64,000 nt of DNA, taken from assembly GCF_032444005.1 (NCBI RefSeq), contig NC_091288.1, positions 182,714,001-182,778,000 on the forward strand, given 5' to 3'. Of the stretch, positions 48,001 to 63,200 are shown piece after piece. This stretch comes from Ranitomeya imitator (lineage: Eukaryota). Position numbers and translations under genes: made by a program. Position 1 is the first letter of the stretch; each line of letters opens with the position of its first letter. Below the pieces are notes generated by a model, which ran no database searches, was not told the origin of the DNA, and saw nothing but the letters and a program-made list of their open reading frames with translations.

Positions 48001-49864
48001 ATTTAATTAGTAAAAGATTATTTTTCAGAAAAAAATGGCGTGGGCTCCTGAGTAATTTTCTTAATTAGCAGAGGGAAAGCTGACGGCTTGGGATAGATGT
48101 TTATAGCCTGGGAAGGGGGCAATACCCATGGAGCTTCCTAGGCTATTAATATCAGCTCACAGCTGTATGCTTAGCCTTTACTGGCTACTAAATTGGGGAA
48201 TCACTCCCCCCAAAAAATGACGTAGGGTTCCCCTATAATCAGTAGCCAGCAAAGGCTAGGCCGACAGCTGTGGGCTGATATTAATAGCCTAGGAAGGGAC
48301 CATGGATACTAAAATTCTAAAAACATCGGAACTCGGCCGTCCCAGAAAAGGCGCATCTATAAGATGTGCCAATTCTGACACTTAGCCTCGCTCTTCCCGC
48401 TTACCCTGTAGCGGTGTAAAATGGGTTGATGTCACCATTGTATTGTCAGGTGACATCAAGCCCAGAGGTTAGTAATGGATAGATGTCTATAAGACACCCC
48501 CATTACTAGCCTCACAGTCATATTGTATAAAAACACACACCCAGAATAAAGTCCCTTAATTGAAAGAATGACAGAGACTCCTTTACTAAATCTTAATTAA
48601 TCTATACTTACGACATCACCCATTCTAGTGCTGCCATTGTCCCCTGTAAGAGAGTCAGAATAAGAAACAACAATATTTCTCACCTTTCTCCAGAGATGCT
48701 GCTAATCCATTTGTCCCACGACGGGTCTATCTCTGCTACATCTAGATGGTAGGCTGCATGGTTGCATGATGCGACCATCCAGCCTGACACCCAGCAGAGA
48801 CACTGAGCGGCGTGTGCTCCGTGTCTCCCGATGAGCTCCTATAACCCGACTGATGTCACTGCGAGCATGAGAAAGTGAAGAGAGTTCGTTGACTGTGAGC
48901 TCGCAGGACCTGTTTGATGGCACCGCGAGCAGGAGAACATTCTTATGCTCGCGGTGATGTCAGACTAGCTATAGGGGTTGACCGGGAGACACTGAGCAAA
49001 CAGTGCTCAGTGTCTGCTGGATGTCAGGCTGTATGGTCGCATCATGCAACCATACAGCCTGCCATCTAGATGTAGCAGAATGTGAGGTCACATCCTGCTG
49101 TCCTTGAATTTTCTGCAAAAAATGATGCCTGTGGTTTTGGTGCGATTTCGCGTTTTTTCACCACCCATTCAAGTCAATGGGTGAAAAACACTGAAAGAAG
49201 TGACATGCTCTATGTCCAAAAAAAACCTAAACACAAAATAATGATGATAAAAAAAGCAATGTGTGTGCATCAGATTGCTGAAATCCCATAGGCTTTTGCT
49301 GGTACTGTAAAAAGCTCATCCCCATTGTATTGTTCTGTACATTGCCGGGGACTGACGGCATTGAGGTTATCACAATTCCACCACATCACCTTTGCCTCTA
49401 CTTATAGATGTCACATAAGGGGCTTCTCTGCTACTTACTTGTTAGGAGGGTCCCTTGATGTAAGCAGATCACCGTCTCCTCCTATTAGGTCCTCCAGCAT
49501 TTAGCTGTTATATATGTGGAATCTTGGCAGTAAGTGTTGAATATCCCTGCAGCGCCACCACAGGGTATATGAGGCATTACACCATTAGATGATTGTAGAG
49601 GTCCTCCAGAGTCCCCTGTAACTGCTCTGCCCTATGGCTGATTGATGAGGATCCTGAGCGGACGACTCCCCTTTATTAACTGGAAATTCCTAGTAATGTT
49701 TAGGAATATAGGTTTTCTCAACTGGACAACCCCATTAATCTTTGGATAAGCCAGGAAATAAGGGTTACGGTACATTCTTTCCCTTTAAGACAGTCCTCCT
49801 TTTGAAGGCCGTGCTAGTAAGATGTATTACGTGAACCTTTAACGTCTTCCGTTCTTTCCTATAG

Positions 49865-50056
<192 letters not shown>

Positions 50057-50172
50057 TGAGTAGTATTGTCTCCATCCATGGAGACATCTCCAGGGCTTCC
50101 ATTCTTATCTACATGGTTTTAATAATCTTGGCCTTTTATGTGGGTTGGTAATGGCTGTACTATGTACATACA

Positions 50173-51592
<1,420 letters not shown>

Positions 51593-52217
51593 TAACTGAC
51601 TATTCACAATTCATGTGCGGTACGATCATCTCCAGTAATCGCTTGCTCTTTTATCCTTGCATACATTTCATTAGCACATCCTAATACCCCAATCAAATCT
51701 CCAGTCACATGACCTCAAGTTTGTGATTTGCATACTTCCAGCCACATGCCAACTAGTCGTGTCCAGCCTCGCTCTATATATTTGTATTGTGTGAGGCCGT
51801 GCACATCTAGTCGGCACATGATTGCATGTGTGTAAATCACATATGTGCAGGCATGTGCACCGGAGAATCCTGACAGTGCGGAGTGCGCGCGCTATGAGCA
51901 TTCACAAGTCTGCAGTTATGTAAAATGACTGCAGATCTGTACCCTAAGGTTGGACTATCCCTTTAAGAGGAAATCTGCCTTTACCTTGTATGGAGGGGGG
52001 GATAATGGTCAATCAAACGACTATTTTATATTGGTAAATTGCTATATTGTCCATTACTGGAAATAGAACACCTCAAAAACTCAACTTTTTGCTCATAGCA
52101 AAATCAATACACAATGAATTCCTTTTTTCTTTCCTGGAACAAAGAGGCAGCTGCCATAAAAAGATCTAATAAGGGTCTTATAGATCACTACTTGACAGGT
52201 TTATGGCCGTGAACTAG

Positions 52218-52565
<348 letters not shown>

Positions 52566-52570
52566 TGAAC

Positions 52571-52813
52571 GTGCTGGGATAAGGTGTTATCTGAGCATGC
52601 ATAGCTGCTAATCGAGTGACTTCGGTGTACTCGAATAATATGTTTGAGTCCCTGCGTCTCCATGTCTCAGGGCTATTAGACAATGCCTGCATGTGTTGCC
52701 GCAGTCGAACAGCAGTGAGACATGCAGCCTCGGGGACTCAAACATCTTTTCGAGCACGCCGAAGACACTCGGTTAGCACCCGAGCATGCTCAGATAACAC
52801 CTTATCCCAGCAC
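52571..52813. mobile_element. Palindromic-ended MITE-like repeat; second copy at 56584-56811
   Basis: GTGCTGGGATAAGGTGTTATCTGAGCATGC ... GCATGCTCAGATAACACCTTATCCCAGCAC in both copies. Confidence 0.75.
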
Positions 52814-52959
52814 TCTCACTCATCACTATACACCCGCATTCGGATGACTGTGTATGTACAGTGGAGATCTCCAATGCTAGAATGAAGGGTCTCATCTTGA
52901 TCTCTCGTCCTTTGGATGTTCTTGTCTGTCGTTAGCTTACAGAATATTTCCTACAGGAA

Positions 52960-53132
52960 TTATTATTATTTATTGTTATAGCGCCATTTATTCCATGGCG
53001 CTTTACATGTGAGGAGGGGTATACATAATAAAAACAAGTACAATAATCTTAAACAATACAAGTCATAACTGGTACAGGAGGAGAGAGGACCCTGCCCGCG
53101 AAGGCTCACAATCTACAAGGGATGGGTGAGGA
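52960..53132 (-). mobile_element. Short L2 3'-end fragment
   Basis: (ATT)n tail, TATAGCGCCATTTATTCCATGGCGC and GAGGACCCTGCCC shared with the L2 3' ends at 14262 and 39384. Confidence 0.75.
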
Positions 53133-53193
53133 TTGAGCTGGTCATGCACACAATGCCTGAAAGTTAAGGTTTTTCTTACCACTTCTAAAATGA

Positions 53194-53400
<207 letters not shown>

Positions 53401-54988
53401 TAGCCTAATAACCGGCCGTATTTTCATGCTGTAAAGAGTAAAACTGCAGCAAAAACTTCCTATAATTACATACGGTTTCCTCTGCTGCAGCGTTACCACC
53501 CAGTGTGAATGCACCGTAATGTTTGTGCAATGGAGTACATACTGTTTGGTCTGGATTTGTGTACATCCGACCTCTCTGGAGATTGGAGGACCCCCGACCC
53601 GACTGATGAGGCATTTGCCAATCCGTTCATCCAGGTGACAATGAATGGAGAGATGTCTGTGCATGTATACAAGGCGTTCTGCCTCACTCTATTGCATGCC
53701 CAGCCTCCTCTCCATTCATTCTCCGGCAGCTGCCTCTCCCATCTTTTCAGAGGACCCTCAATTTCTACATAAGTCAGACTTTTAAAGCAACTCACCGAAA
53801 AGGACATAAAATGCAAAACACATCACAGGAAAAAAGGCGGCTGCATTTACCAACACATAATATAAATGCACTGCAGGGTGCAGCAGCCTCCATGATAAAG
53901 GAGCAGGATGCTGCAAATGTGCAAAATCCTGATGGACCACACCGACCAGTTCATGGAGGGGTTGGTTGGCTAGTATTACAAATGCACACAGATAAGTCTT
54001 ATATAGGGCACCGTCACATCACGTGTCTGGCTTACAGCCTATTAGTGACGCCTATATTATTAGATCACATTTAAAAAAAAAACTGACCATCACATCCAAA
54101 CATAGACTAGGTGTGAACAGGTGCTAACCTAGAGTCACCAACTCGTATAACTATCAAATAAATAAGGCAGCACACAGTAGCGCCATAGCATGCAAACATG
54201 AAATATGAAAATTAAATTGCATTACTGCACTAGACATATAAAAAATTGAGAAAGTTTAGCGCATAAATTGGCCAATTCATGTGTACCTGGTAGCCACGAT
54301 AAGGCATTTCTCGTTTACCAGGACCTAACGATGCCAATCCTCGCTTAGAATGAAGTCTTCATCTGTAAAGGAACCTGTGAATCCTCTCTTAGACTAAAAT
54401 CTATATCTCTGTGGAGGGGTAGTGGTCCTGCCTTGATTAAAACACCTGTGGCTAAAAGGCAGAGTGCTCAGTCAGAAGGCTAATGAGTACAAACTTCAAT
54501 AAAACTGACCGTCACATCCAAAAATAGACTAAGTGTGAACAGGTGCTGAACCTAGAGTCACCGACTCGTATACAAACTATGGAATCAGCGTTCACATGAT
54601 ACATCCACATCTATCGTGCCCTATATTGTGTGAAATCGTATGTGGCTCCTTTCTCGGATGAGATTTATGCTGTCATTTCTGTTTTTCTGTTCTGTCATCT
54701 GAGCAGAAAAACCAAATTGCGCTGAATCCGTCAAAAACTGCACCCGATGAACCCTACCTATAATCTGTCATATAATCCGAGCCGTCTGATTCCATCCTGG
54801 ATTTTCAAGAGAAAAATACACAATTTTTCTTCTATAACGGAGCCTCCGACACGGATGTGAACGCAGCGCTTTACTTTTTTCCACGTCTGTTCCTGACATC
54901 AGAACACTGGATCCTTAGATCACCCAGAGCTGATTCCTACCCATCAATCCAAGTATTGCAGTAACTGGGCACTTGCTGTTTTTGAGAT

Positions 54989-54994
54989 TTTATT
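54989..54994 (-). terminator. Candidate IGSF6 polyadenylation signal (AATAAA on the - strand)
   Basis: TTTATT on +, 95 nt past the IGSF6 stop codon. Confidence 0.55.
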
Positions 54995-55088
54995 AATTAA
55001 ATAGTTTAATAACTTTTTACATATTTTCCATCTTTTTCTCACACCGTTTGGTCAGTACATTCCAGCCTTGTGCTTCGGAGGAGCCAGT

Positions 55089-55142
55089 TCAGTCTAAATC
55101 TTGCGTATTCTGGTAGATTTGCTCATCCTCTATGACCGGGTT
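55089..55142 (-). CDS. IGSF6: IGSF6 last coding exon (54 nt including stop)
   Basis: Acceptor CTTTCTTAACAG|AAC; NPVIEDEQIYQNTQDLD* with a YxN motif like human TYEN; phase 0. Confidence 0.72.
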   Translation of the reverse strand, partial: NPVIEDEQIYQNTQDLD

Positions 55143-55847
55143 CTGTTAAGAAAGGAGTCAGATATTTGGATTAGGAGAAAATTGTTGGTGATCCGTGAAC
55201 TGCGCTAATCCCAGGACTGGCTGCCACCCACCCGGGGCAATGCTTTTCGTAAAGACGAGATGGCCTCCACATGTCTGCCTCATCTACCCCACAGCGATCA
55301 ATCAGCTGTCATTTCGGCTACTCCTAGCCATAGATTTCCCTTGCATTGGGGAATCCCAGCTTGCCGTAGTAGCCATTCGGATGGGTGGACTACCGTGTCA
55401 TGCAGGGCAGACCCAAACCATTACAGTGGGAGTGGATTTAAAGACCCACGAGTCTCAAAAGATCCCTGTTTGAATAAGGTAGCATAGCACGTGCATGGCC
55501 ATCCATCTACTTACTTCTGGGAGACAGTCTCCAATACCACAGAAGTGAATGGAGCGGTGGTCACACATTCACGGAAGGGAATTTGAGAGCCACGTTGTTG
55601 TCATTATGGGGGTTATTGGACCCCTACCTGACTTATATTTATCACCTATCCTCCGGAAGGTGCCGATAGAGCTCAGCTTTCCATAGCTGCTCTCCATTCT
55701 GACCTCTAGATGAGGGCCTGAGTGAGAAGACCTCTTCTGTCATCACAAGGCCCCAGCAAGGAATTGTCCTTTTGAGGGTAAGTTCCTAAATGTGGCGCCT
55801 TGGGCTCGCCTATATTGGAGCGACATGGAAGCACCAATCTGACTTAC

Positions 55848-55928
55848 TGGTTTTCCGCTTTTCCGATGATGCCTCTTGTGGTATTCTGCTGCAATGGCCT
55901 GAAAAATACTTCTCGTCTTGAAAGTTCT
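55848..55928 (-). CDS. IGSF6: IGSF6 cytoplasmic exon (81 nt)
   Basis: RTFKTRSIFQAIAAEYHKRHHRKSGKP resembles human [20 protein letters not shown]. Acceptor CTTACAG; donor |GTAAGT. Confidence 0.88.
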
Positions 55929-56010
55929 CTGTAAGAAGAGAGAAACGTTTTTATAGATCCCGATCTAATATTACCTACAGCATAAATGGCGCACAAGCGG
56001 GATCCCTTAC

Positions 56011-56070
56011 GTTGCTTTTCATTGTGCCGCCGCGCTTGCTTTGCAGACATTTCCACATTCTCCATTTTGC
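56011..56070 (-). CDS. IGSF6: IGSF6 juxtamembrane exon (60 nt)
   Basis: Acceptor TTTTACAG|GCA; AKWRMWKCLQSKRGGTMKSN; donor |GTAAGG. Phase 0-0 fits both neighbours. Confidence 0.72.
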
Positions 56071-56858
56071 CTGTAAAAGTTTTCAAATGTTGTGATGTGT
56101 CTCAAAAGCAGAATATTGTCCTGGCGAATGAATAGGGAAAACGCAAAGTGCACGGGTTACATGTGCATTATTGCAGTTTATCAAAATTTGACTTGTGTGA
56201 GGCCGAGATTCGGTGCCAGTCGCAGCCCGCGGGCCACAGTGGCGCTATTTCTGTAAGGAAGTAGCCATGCTTTCCTAATACAGTCGCTCTACATTGATGC
56301 TTTGATTAATAACTAAAATTACAGTTTTGACATTCCAGAAGATCATATTGATGGGAGGTCCGGGTGCAGAGACCCTCTTTGATCACTGCAAGGAAGCGGC
56401 ACAAGCTGTGGGCTCAGCGATGTGCCGCCGAACGCTGACTATTGGCACCACTTTCGCTGTTGTGGCTTTACATTTACAGGAATATCCTCTTATTAGATCT
56501 TCCTGTCGTGGTGTTAATATCTATATTAGTCACTTTAGGTAATGCCCACTTCTCTTTATTCAGTGGTTTACAGCTCTATATAAGTGCTGGGCTAAGGTGT
56601 TATCTGAGCATGCTCTTGTGCTAACCGAGTGACTTCAGCATGCTCTAAAACTATTAGAGTCCCCACAGCTGCATGACTAGCGGCTGTTCGATAGTCACAA
56701 CGCATGCAGGGACTGCCTAACTGACAGCTGTTACGGCTGTCATGCTTTTTGAGCACGCTGAAGTCACTCGGTTGGCACAAGAGCATGCTCAGATAACACC
56801 TTATCCCAGCATGATTGCTCATCATATTGATATATATTATTAGATATATAGTACTCAC

Positions 56859-56962
56859 CTTGAAGGAGTAATAAGAAAACAGTGCTATACAATACATGAG
56901 GGTCAGTGTGCACAGGACCATCAGAGCGATATTGGTCGGTGTAATCGCCATGTCAGGTTTCT
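56859..56962 (-). CDS. IGSF6: IGSF6 transmembrane exon (104 nt); Ig-V and signal exons lie beyond the window
   Basis: Phase-1 acceptor CTCTTCCATTGCAG|AG; (E)KPDMAITPTNIALMVLCTLTLMYCIALFSYYSFK; donor AAG|GTGAGT. Position antisense in METTL9 intron 4 matches the known IGSF6 nesting. Confidence 0.82.
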
Positions 56963-57226
56963 CTGCAATGGAAGAGAGATAATGGTTACTGGTTTTGAAA
57001 AAGGATTTCCAGGAGAAAGAAATCAGCTGGGAACAGGATTGTCAACCGTCCAGAAATTCCTGAACAGTCTGCAAAAAAATGGGGCACATCCTTCCCCTTC
57101 CGAAAAAAAAAAAAAAATAGATGTCTGTGATTTTTTTTTTTTTTTTTTAAAGCTGCAGAGACTTGTACACATTCTTATGACTGTATTTATCACTCCCTTT
57201 ACAGTTCACAGTGATTGCAGCCAGGA

Positions 57227-60200
57227 TTTCTCCTTCGCCTCATTGGGGGACACAGACCATGGGTGTATGCTGCTGCCACCAGGAGGCTGACACTAAGTAA
57301 TACAAAGAAAGTTCTCTCCTCCCCTGCAGTATACACCCTCCTGCTGGCCCCCAGCTAACCAGTTCTTGCTTAGTGTCCGTAGGAGGCACACGGACGGGTC
57401 TGCTATTCAGACCCAAAGAATTTACCTTTTTACCTTTTTTACCTTTTACAACGGACGAAGGGGGCGACGGATTCTTTCATGGTCCGATCTCCCCCGAACC
57501 AACAACAGGCGAGCACGGGAGTTTCACCTCTCCGTATCCTCTCCTGCGACGTGGGAAGCCACTGCCTGAGCTGATTTTAGGGGCGACGGGCCCCTTCATG
57601 GGCACCGATCTCCCCCCTCCCTCCCTTATCAGACGAGCACTGAAGTTTCACCTTCAGTATCCTCCTCTGCAGCCAGGCCTATTGCCGGACATTCAGCCCT
57701 GTCCACCAGGTTTTACCCTCGGCTGTACAGAGGCACCTACCAGCGTGGCGTCCGAGCAGCCCCCACTGCATCACCACTGAAAAAGCGGATGATGGAAGGA
57801 GGCAGACGGTTCCTCTCCACCCCTCTTCTGCAGGGATGGTGGATGGAGGCTCCCCAACCCCTACACCGTCCTATCTTCCCTGGCTCAGCTCTACCTGCAG
57901 CATGGGGTAAGTGCACGTGAAAAATTGAGTTTTCTGGCGGTCATAGGTGGGCTCCATAGCGCCAGGGTCCCCACAGAGCTTAGCGGTCCTTTCCCCTTCA
58001 GTCCGCGGGTGCGCGCCAGCTGAGTCTATAAATTTAGTCCCCGGCTTCGGCCCTGTTTAGGCCGCATTCTGGGAAGCCCCGCCCCCCGCCTGCATCACTC
58101 TAGCGGCTCCACCCCCCTATTCTAGCGCTTCTCATGCAGGACGAGATCTCGGCGGCCATCTTCTCCCAGAAGTTTCCGGTCCCTAGTTCTTCTGGAAGGG
58201 GCTGCTGCCGGCGGCTTTCAGCGCTGTAGTTGGCGCTATTCCAGTCGGGGGACTCAGAATCCCGGTAAGGTGAATCGCTCCCTTCCCCCGCAGCCCCGCA
58301 CGTCCGGCAGCATAAAGGGTCTAACTTCACGGTTTTATATACTTGGGACCTGCATTCTCTCAGGTCCCCTGGTCTTTGAGTCTCATGTCCGGTGGCCGCT
58401 GGGCTTAACTCGTGTCCAGTAGCCGCTTCAATGCCCAGTGGTCGCTGGGCTTATAGGTGCTGCTACTGAACGGAGATTTATTGGATCCGTTATTGAATGC
58501 TGTGTTCCAACTACTCGGAAGTTCGAGCCCAACTTTCCCCAGTTTTTTCCATGGTGTTTTCTCATAAACCCTTGACCTGCATTTCCTGGTCTTAAGGGTT
58601 CCCTAGTTTAATAGGGGCATATTACCAGCAGAGCCGGTCACATTTCTCATAGTTCTTTATCAATTTAGCTCAGGAGCCTTCGCTGCCGCCTATTCCGGCT
58701 CCTCCCAGAGTACCTAGTTCCCCTCATGGGGTCCCACCTCCGGCATAATCTTTTAAAAAAAAAAAATGCCCCGATGTTGTCCAGCATTCCTGGTCTTAAA
58801 GGAGCATGACCAGCATTCCCGGTCTTAAAGGCACACGACCAGTATTCCTGGTCTTAAAGGCACATGACAAGTATGCCCTGGCCTTAAGGGCACGTGACCA
58901 GCATGCCCTGGTCTTTAAGGCACTTGGCTAGTATGCCCTGGCCTTGAAGGCACGTTACCAGTATTTCCTGGTCTTATTGTCTCATGACCAGTATGCCCTG
59001 GTCTTAAATGCACGTGACCAGTACTCCTCGGTCTTAAACGCTAGTGAACAGTATGCCCTGGTCTTAAATGCACGTGACCAGTACTCCTCGGTCTTAAACG
59101 CTAGTGAACAGTATGCCCTGGTCTTAAATGCACGTGACCAGTACTCCTCGGTCTTAAACGCTAGTGAACAGTATGCCCTGGTCTTAAATGCACGTGACCA
59201 GTACTCCTCGGTCTTAAACGCTAGTGAACAGTATGCCCTGGTCTTAAACTCCCATGACCAGTACGCCCTGGTTTTTAAAGGCACATGACCAGTATGCTCT
59301 GGTCTTAAAGGCACATGACCTGTATGCCCTGGTCTTAAGGCATTTGTCCAGTATGCCGTGGTTTTTAAAGGTGACCAGTACGCCCTGCTCTTTAAGGATC
59401 TCGACCAGTATGCCCTGGTTTTAGAGACACGTGACCATTATACCCTGGACTTAAAGGCACATGACCAGTATGTCCTGGTCTTAAAGACGCATGACCAGTA
59501 TGCCCTGGTCTCAAGGGCACATGACCAGTATGCCCTGGTCTTAAAGGCACATGTCCAGTATGCTCTGGTCTTAAACGCAAATGACCAGTAGGCCCTGGTT
59601 TTAAGGGCTCATGACCAGTATGTCTTGGACTTAAAGGTGCATGTCAAGTTCGTCCTGTTTCTTAAAGGCACATGACCAGTAGGCCTTGGTTCTTAATGGC
59701 ACATGACGCACAGGAACTGTATGTCCTCCTCTTAAAGGCACAAGACTAGTATTTCCTGGTCTTAAAGGCGCATGACTAGTATTGACTGGCCTTAAGGGCA
59801 CATCAGCAATCCTAAACTGGTCTCCCTATCTGAACTCTGGAGCACTCAACATGCTCCCTATCCTACAATGGGAGTCGTCGGCTAGCAGGGGCCGCTAGTA
59901 TTCTTGAATAACGTACAGGTTCTAGAAAATGGAAGTTTTCTTTTCCTGATCTCTCCCCCATGTTTTGTTGAGAACAATGCGGAATATGGATCGGATATTG
60001 CCTTGATTTGCCAGAGCTTCTGAGAAAGAGGGACTCTCTCTCTTTATATCATCAACAGGTTGACGGGTGATGCACTGGACAGAAACCTCTAAGTTGGATG
60101 CCATTCCGGGTCGGTTTTTTATGGCGACGGGTCCTTTAAGGGGCTCCGATTTCCGCCCACACCTTCAACAGATGAGCATATGGATTGTCGCCTCCGTGTA

Positions 60201-63200
60201 TCCTCTTCTGCATTCAGGCCTAACGCCAGACAACCTGCCCGGTCCACTCGGGGACTTCTACTCTGAGGATGTACGGAGGCACACATTTTTGGCGTCCAAG
60301 CACCCCCCCCTTTCTATCATCACTATTTAGCGGATGATGCAAGAAAGCGGACGATTCCTCTCCGCGTCCCTGTTAAGAGGACGGTGGATTGAGGGTTCCT
60401 AATTTTTCTACTCTGCACGACGATGGCTAGAGACCTGCTGGTCGCAGTCCCGCATTCTACCTCTTGGCAGATTATCCGGGTAGAGTTTCTTGTGGTATAC
60501 CTACCAGTATCCCTGCCTGATGTATCATCATTTAAGATACCACAGACGGTCGGATAGCAAACCTAGTTCGTTCCGTCTTGTGGTTTCGGGTTCAGCGCTT
60601 TTCCCTCCCTTAGCCGCCACATGGGTTGCTTGACCAATGGTCTCCTGGTCAGAGACCTTAACTACTTCATCTTCAACAATATAGCTGGCCAATCTAATTT
60701 TCTGAGCGGGAGACTAGCAAGGGATCGTATCTCCTCTACAGACCCAACCAGCAGTGGAAGCATTGTCCAGGATAGCCTAGATCTAAGGGATCTTGGTTCC
60801 TAAATGGAGGGAATCTAACAACCTTGGTCAAGGTCCTCCTTTTTTCTTATGGAGTTCCTCCGCTCAGTTATTACTTCATCAGAAAGAGGTGGACTTTTCT
60901 GGCATCCTTAGACATTCGGGATTCTTACCCTCACATGCCTATTTCTTCCCGCTACAACAATCTCTTCACCTTTCCATTTGCGAACAGCATTTTCTAGTCT
61001 CGTCCTTGTCCTCCGGCCTGGCTACCACACCAGAATGGTCGCAAGGGTCATGTCGGTTGTCGTGTGCTTCTTGCACCCTAGAAGCATGGTCGTCCTGCTC
61101 TTAGGTCAACTTTGTAGCTGCTCTTCTAGGACTACGCTGAGTCGTCTATATCTCTTGCAATACCCTTTCTCTGGGCTGGCAGCTGAACTTAGACAAGTTT
61201 CTTTTCCTCTTTCCCAGTTCAGCAGATCCTCTTTGAGGATGATCCTGCTCATGCAGGATGATTATTCTCTCTCGAGTCAAGGTCGTGGCTCTTCTCCAGA
61301 GAGCTTGCGCACTTGTTCTCTCATTCCCTCGGTTCATTCAGTTCGCTAGGAGGGCTCTGAGGAATTGGACAATAATGGAAGCAGTTTCCTTCGCTGCGCT
61401 TGTTTTTCTGCAAATCTATCATGCTTTCAAAGAGTACTCTCTGAGCTCCTTCCTCTCCCAGAGCCTTCTCCTGATCCAATGGCCATTGGGGGAATTCCAA
61501 GGCCAGTCTTTTTCTCCCGATCATTTCTCTGGAGTTCTGAACGGTACGTCTAATCCTACAGCAGGCCCACTTACTTTAGGCGGGTCTTCAGTTGGATATC
61601 GCCACGGCTGTGCCACTCGTTAACCATCTAGCAAGTACCCACAGTCAAGCGCCATGGCCCAGGTATCTCTCTCTCTACTGATGAGCCGAGATCTTTCATT
61701 CAGGGATCTCAACAGTACTTATCCCTGGAGTAGAGCTCTGGGCGGCAGACGTATTCGGGCGGCAGACGTATTCAGCCGTCGGGGTTTCTCCTCTAGTGAG
61801 TGGGAACTTCACTCGGAAGTCTTCCATCGGATCTGCCTTCACTGGACTACTCCAGATGTAGGTCAGATGGCGTCCAAGCTGAACGCCAATGTACTCCGAT
61901 TCATGGTTTGGCCTTGACTTCCAAGACCATCGCAGTGCATGCTCTGTTCTTCCACGGTACCAATTTCTATATCTCCTCTTCTTCTACTTCTGAGATCTTT
62001 TCGGAAGCAGGAAGGGCTCCAGGGATCCCGGGAGAACCGCACTGACCATGTCAGGGTTTGCTCGCTTGCTGTTCTTCTAGTTTTCCGTCTTATTGCGACA
62101 AAACTGGAAAGATGGACTTTCTCGCAGGGAGCCTTAACCTGTAGTTCTTCCCTTCCGCGTACCGTTAGATCCGTGGGACCCTAACGTTCCTGGGCATCTT
62201 ACAGTGGACTTCTTTTTTGGATCCGGACAGCCTTCACTATCAGGGAAGGTCTCTTCCCTTCTTTCTCTGCGTTCTTGTCCTACTGATGAGTCTTCGGAAC
62301 TCGACGTTCTGTTCTTTGTCTTTTTTCCTTATTACCTCAAGGCAGGGTTGCCCTCAGGACATCCCCTTCCCTCATTGCCAAGGTGGTATTGTATTCCCAC
62401 TGTTGCAGGGGAATCGTTCTCTCATCTCTTTCGACTCCGCTCCACACACCTCGGAAGGGATCCTCCATAATCTGGAAGAAGTGAGTACTTCGAGTGGGTA
62501 CGTATCGAGAATGGCGTCCTGCCAAGGGTTGGACGCTTTACTTGGCTTTCTCGATGGTAAGTAGGCTTCCTGACAGTCGCAGGAAGGGTCTAGCCGTTTC
62601 TTCGGCCAGGTTAGCCTGGTGGATTGTTTTCTCCATCCAGGAGTCCTTCCGAGCTAGATTTCAGCCTATTTTCCTGTCTGAGGGCTCTAGGTTCCAGACT
62701 TCGGCAAGCACGACCGCAAGCTTGCGGACTCCTCCAGTCCGCATACATTCTTGAAGCACTTTTATTCACATACTTCTACAGATGTGGGTCGGGGCAGGCG
62801 GACCTTGCAGGCCGCGGTGGCGCACTTGTAAGTAGCGGTTACACGGCCTGATCTGATGATGTCCCCACCCAGGGACTGCTTTGGGACGTCCCATGGTCTG
62901 TGTCCCCCAATGAGGCGAAGGAGAAATAGGGATTTTTGTGTACTCACCGTAAAATCCTTTTCTCCGAGCCATTCATTGGGGGACACAGCTCCCACCCTGT
63001 TATTAGCTTATGCTTTGTTTTTATCTTTTGATATGTTATACTCTCATTTATAATGTTACATGCTATACGTTTATATGTTGCTATTGATCTACTGCTTTTG
63101 CACCGAACTGGTTAGCTGGGGGCCAGCAGGAGGGTGTATACTGCAGGGGAGGAGCTAACTTTCTTTGTATTACTTAGTGTCAGCCTCCTGGTGGCAGCAG

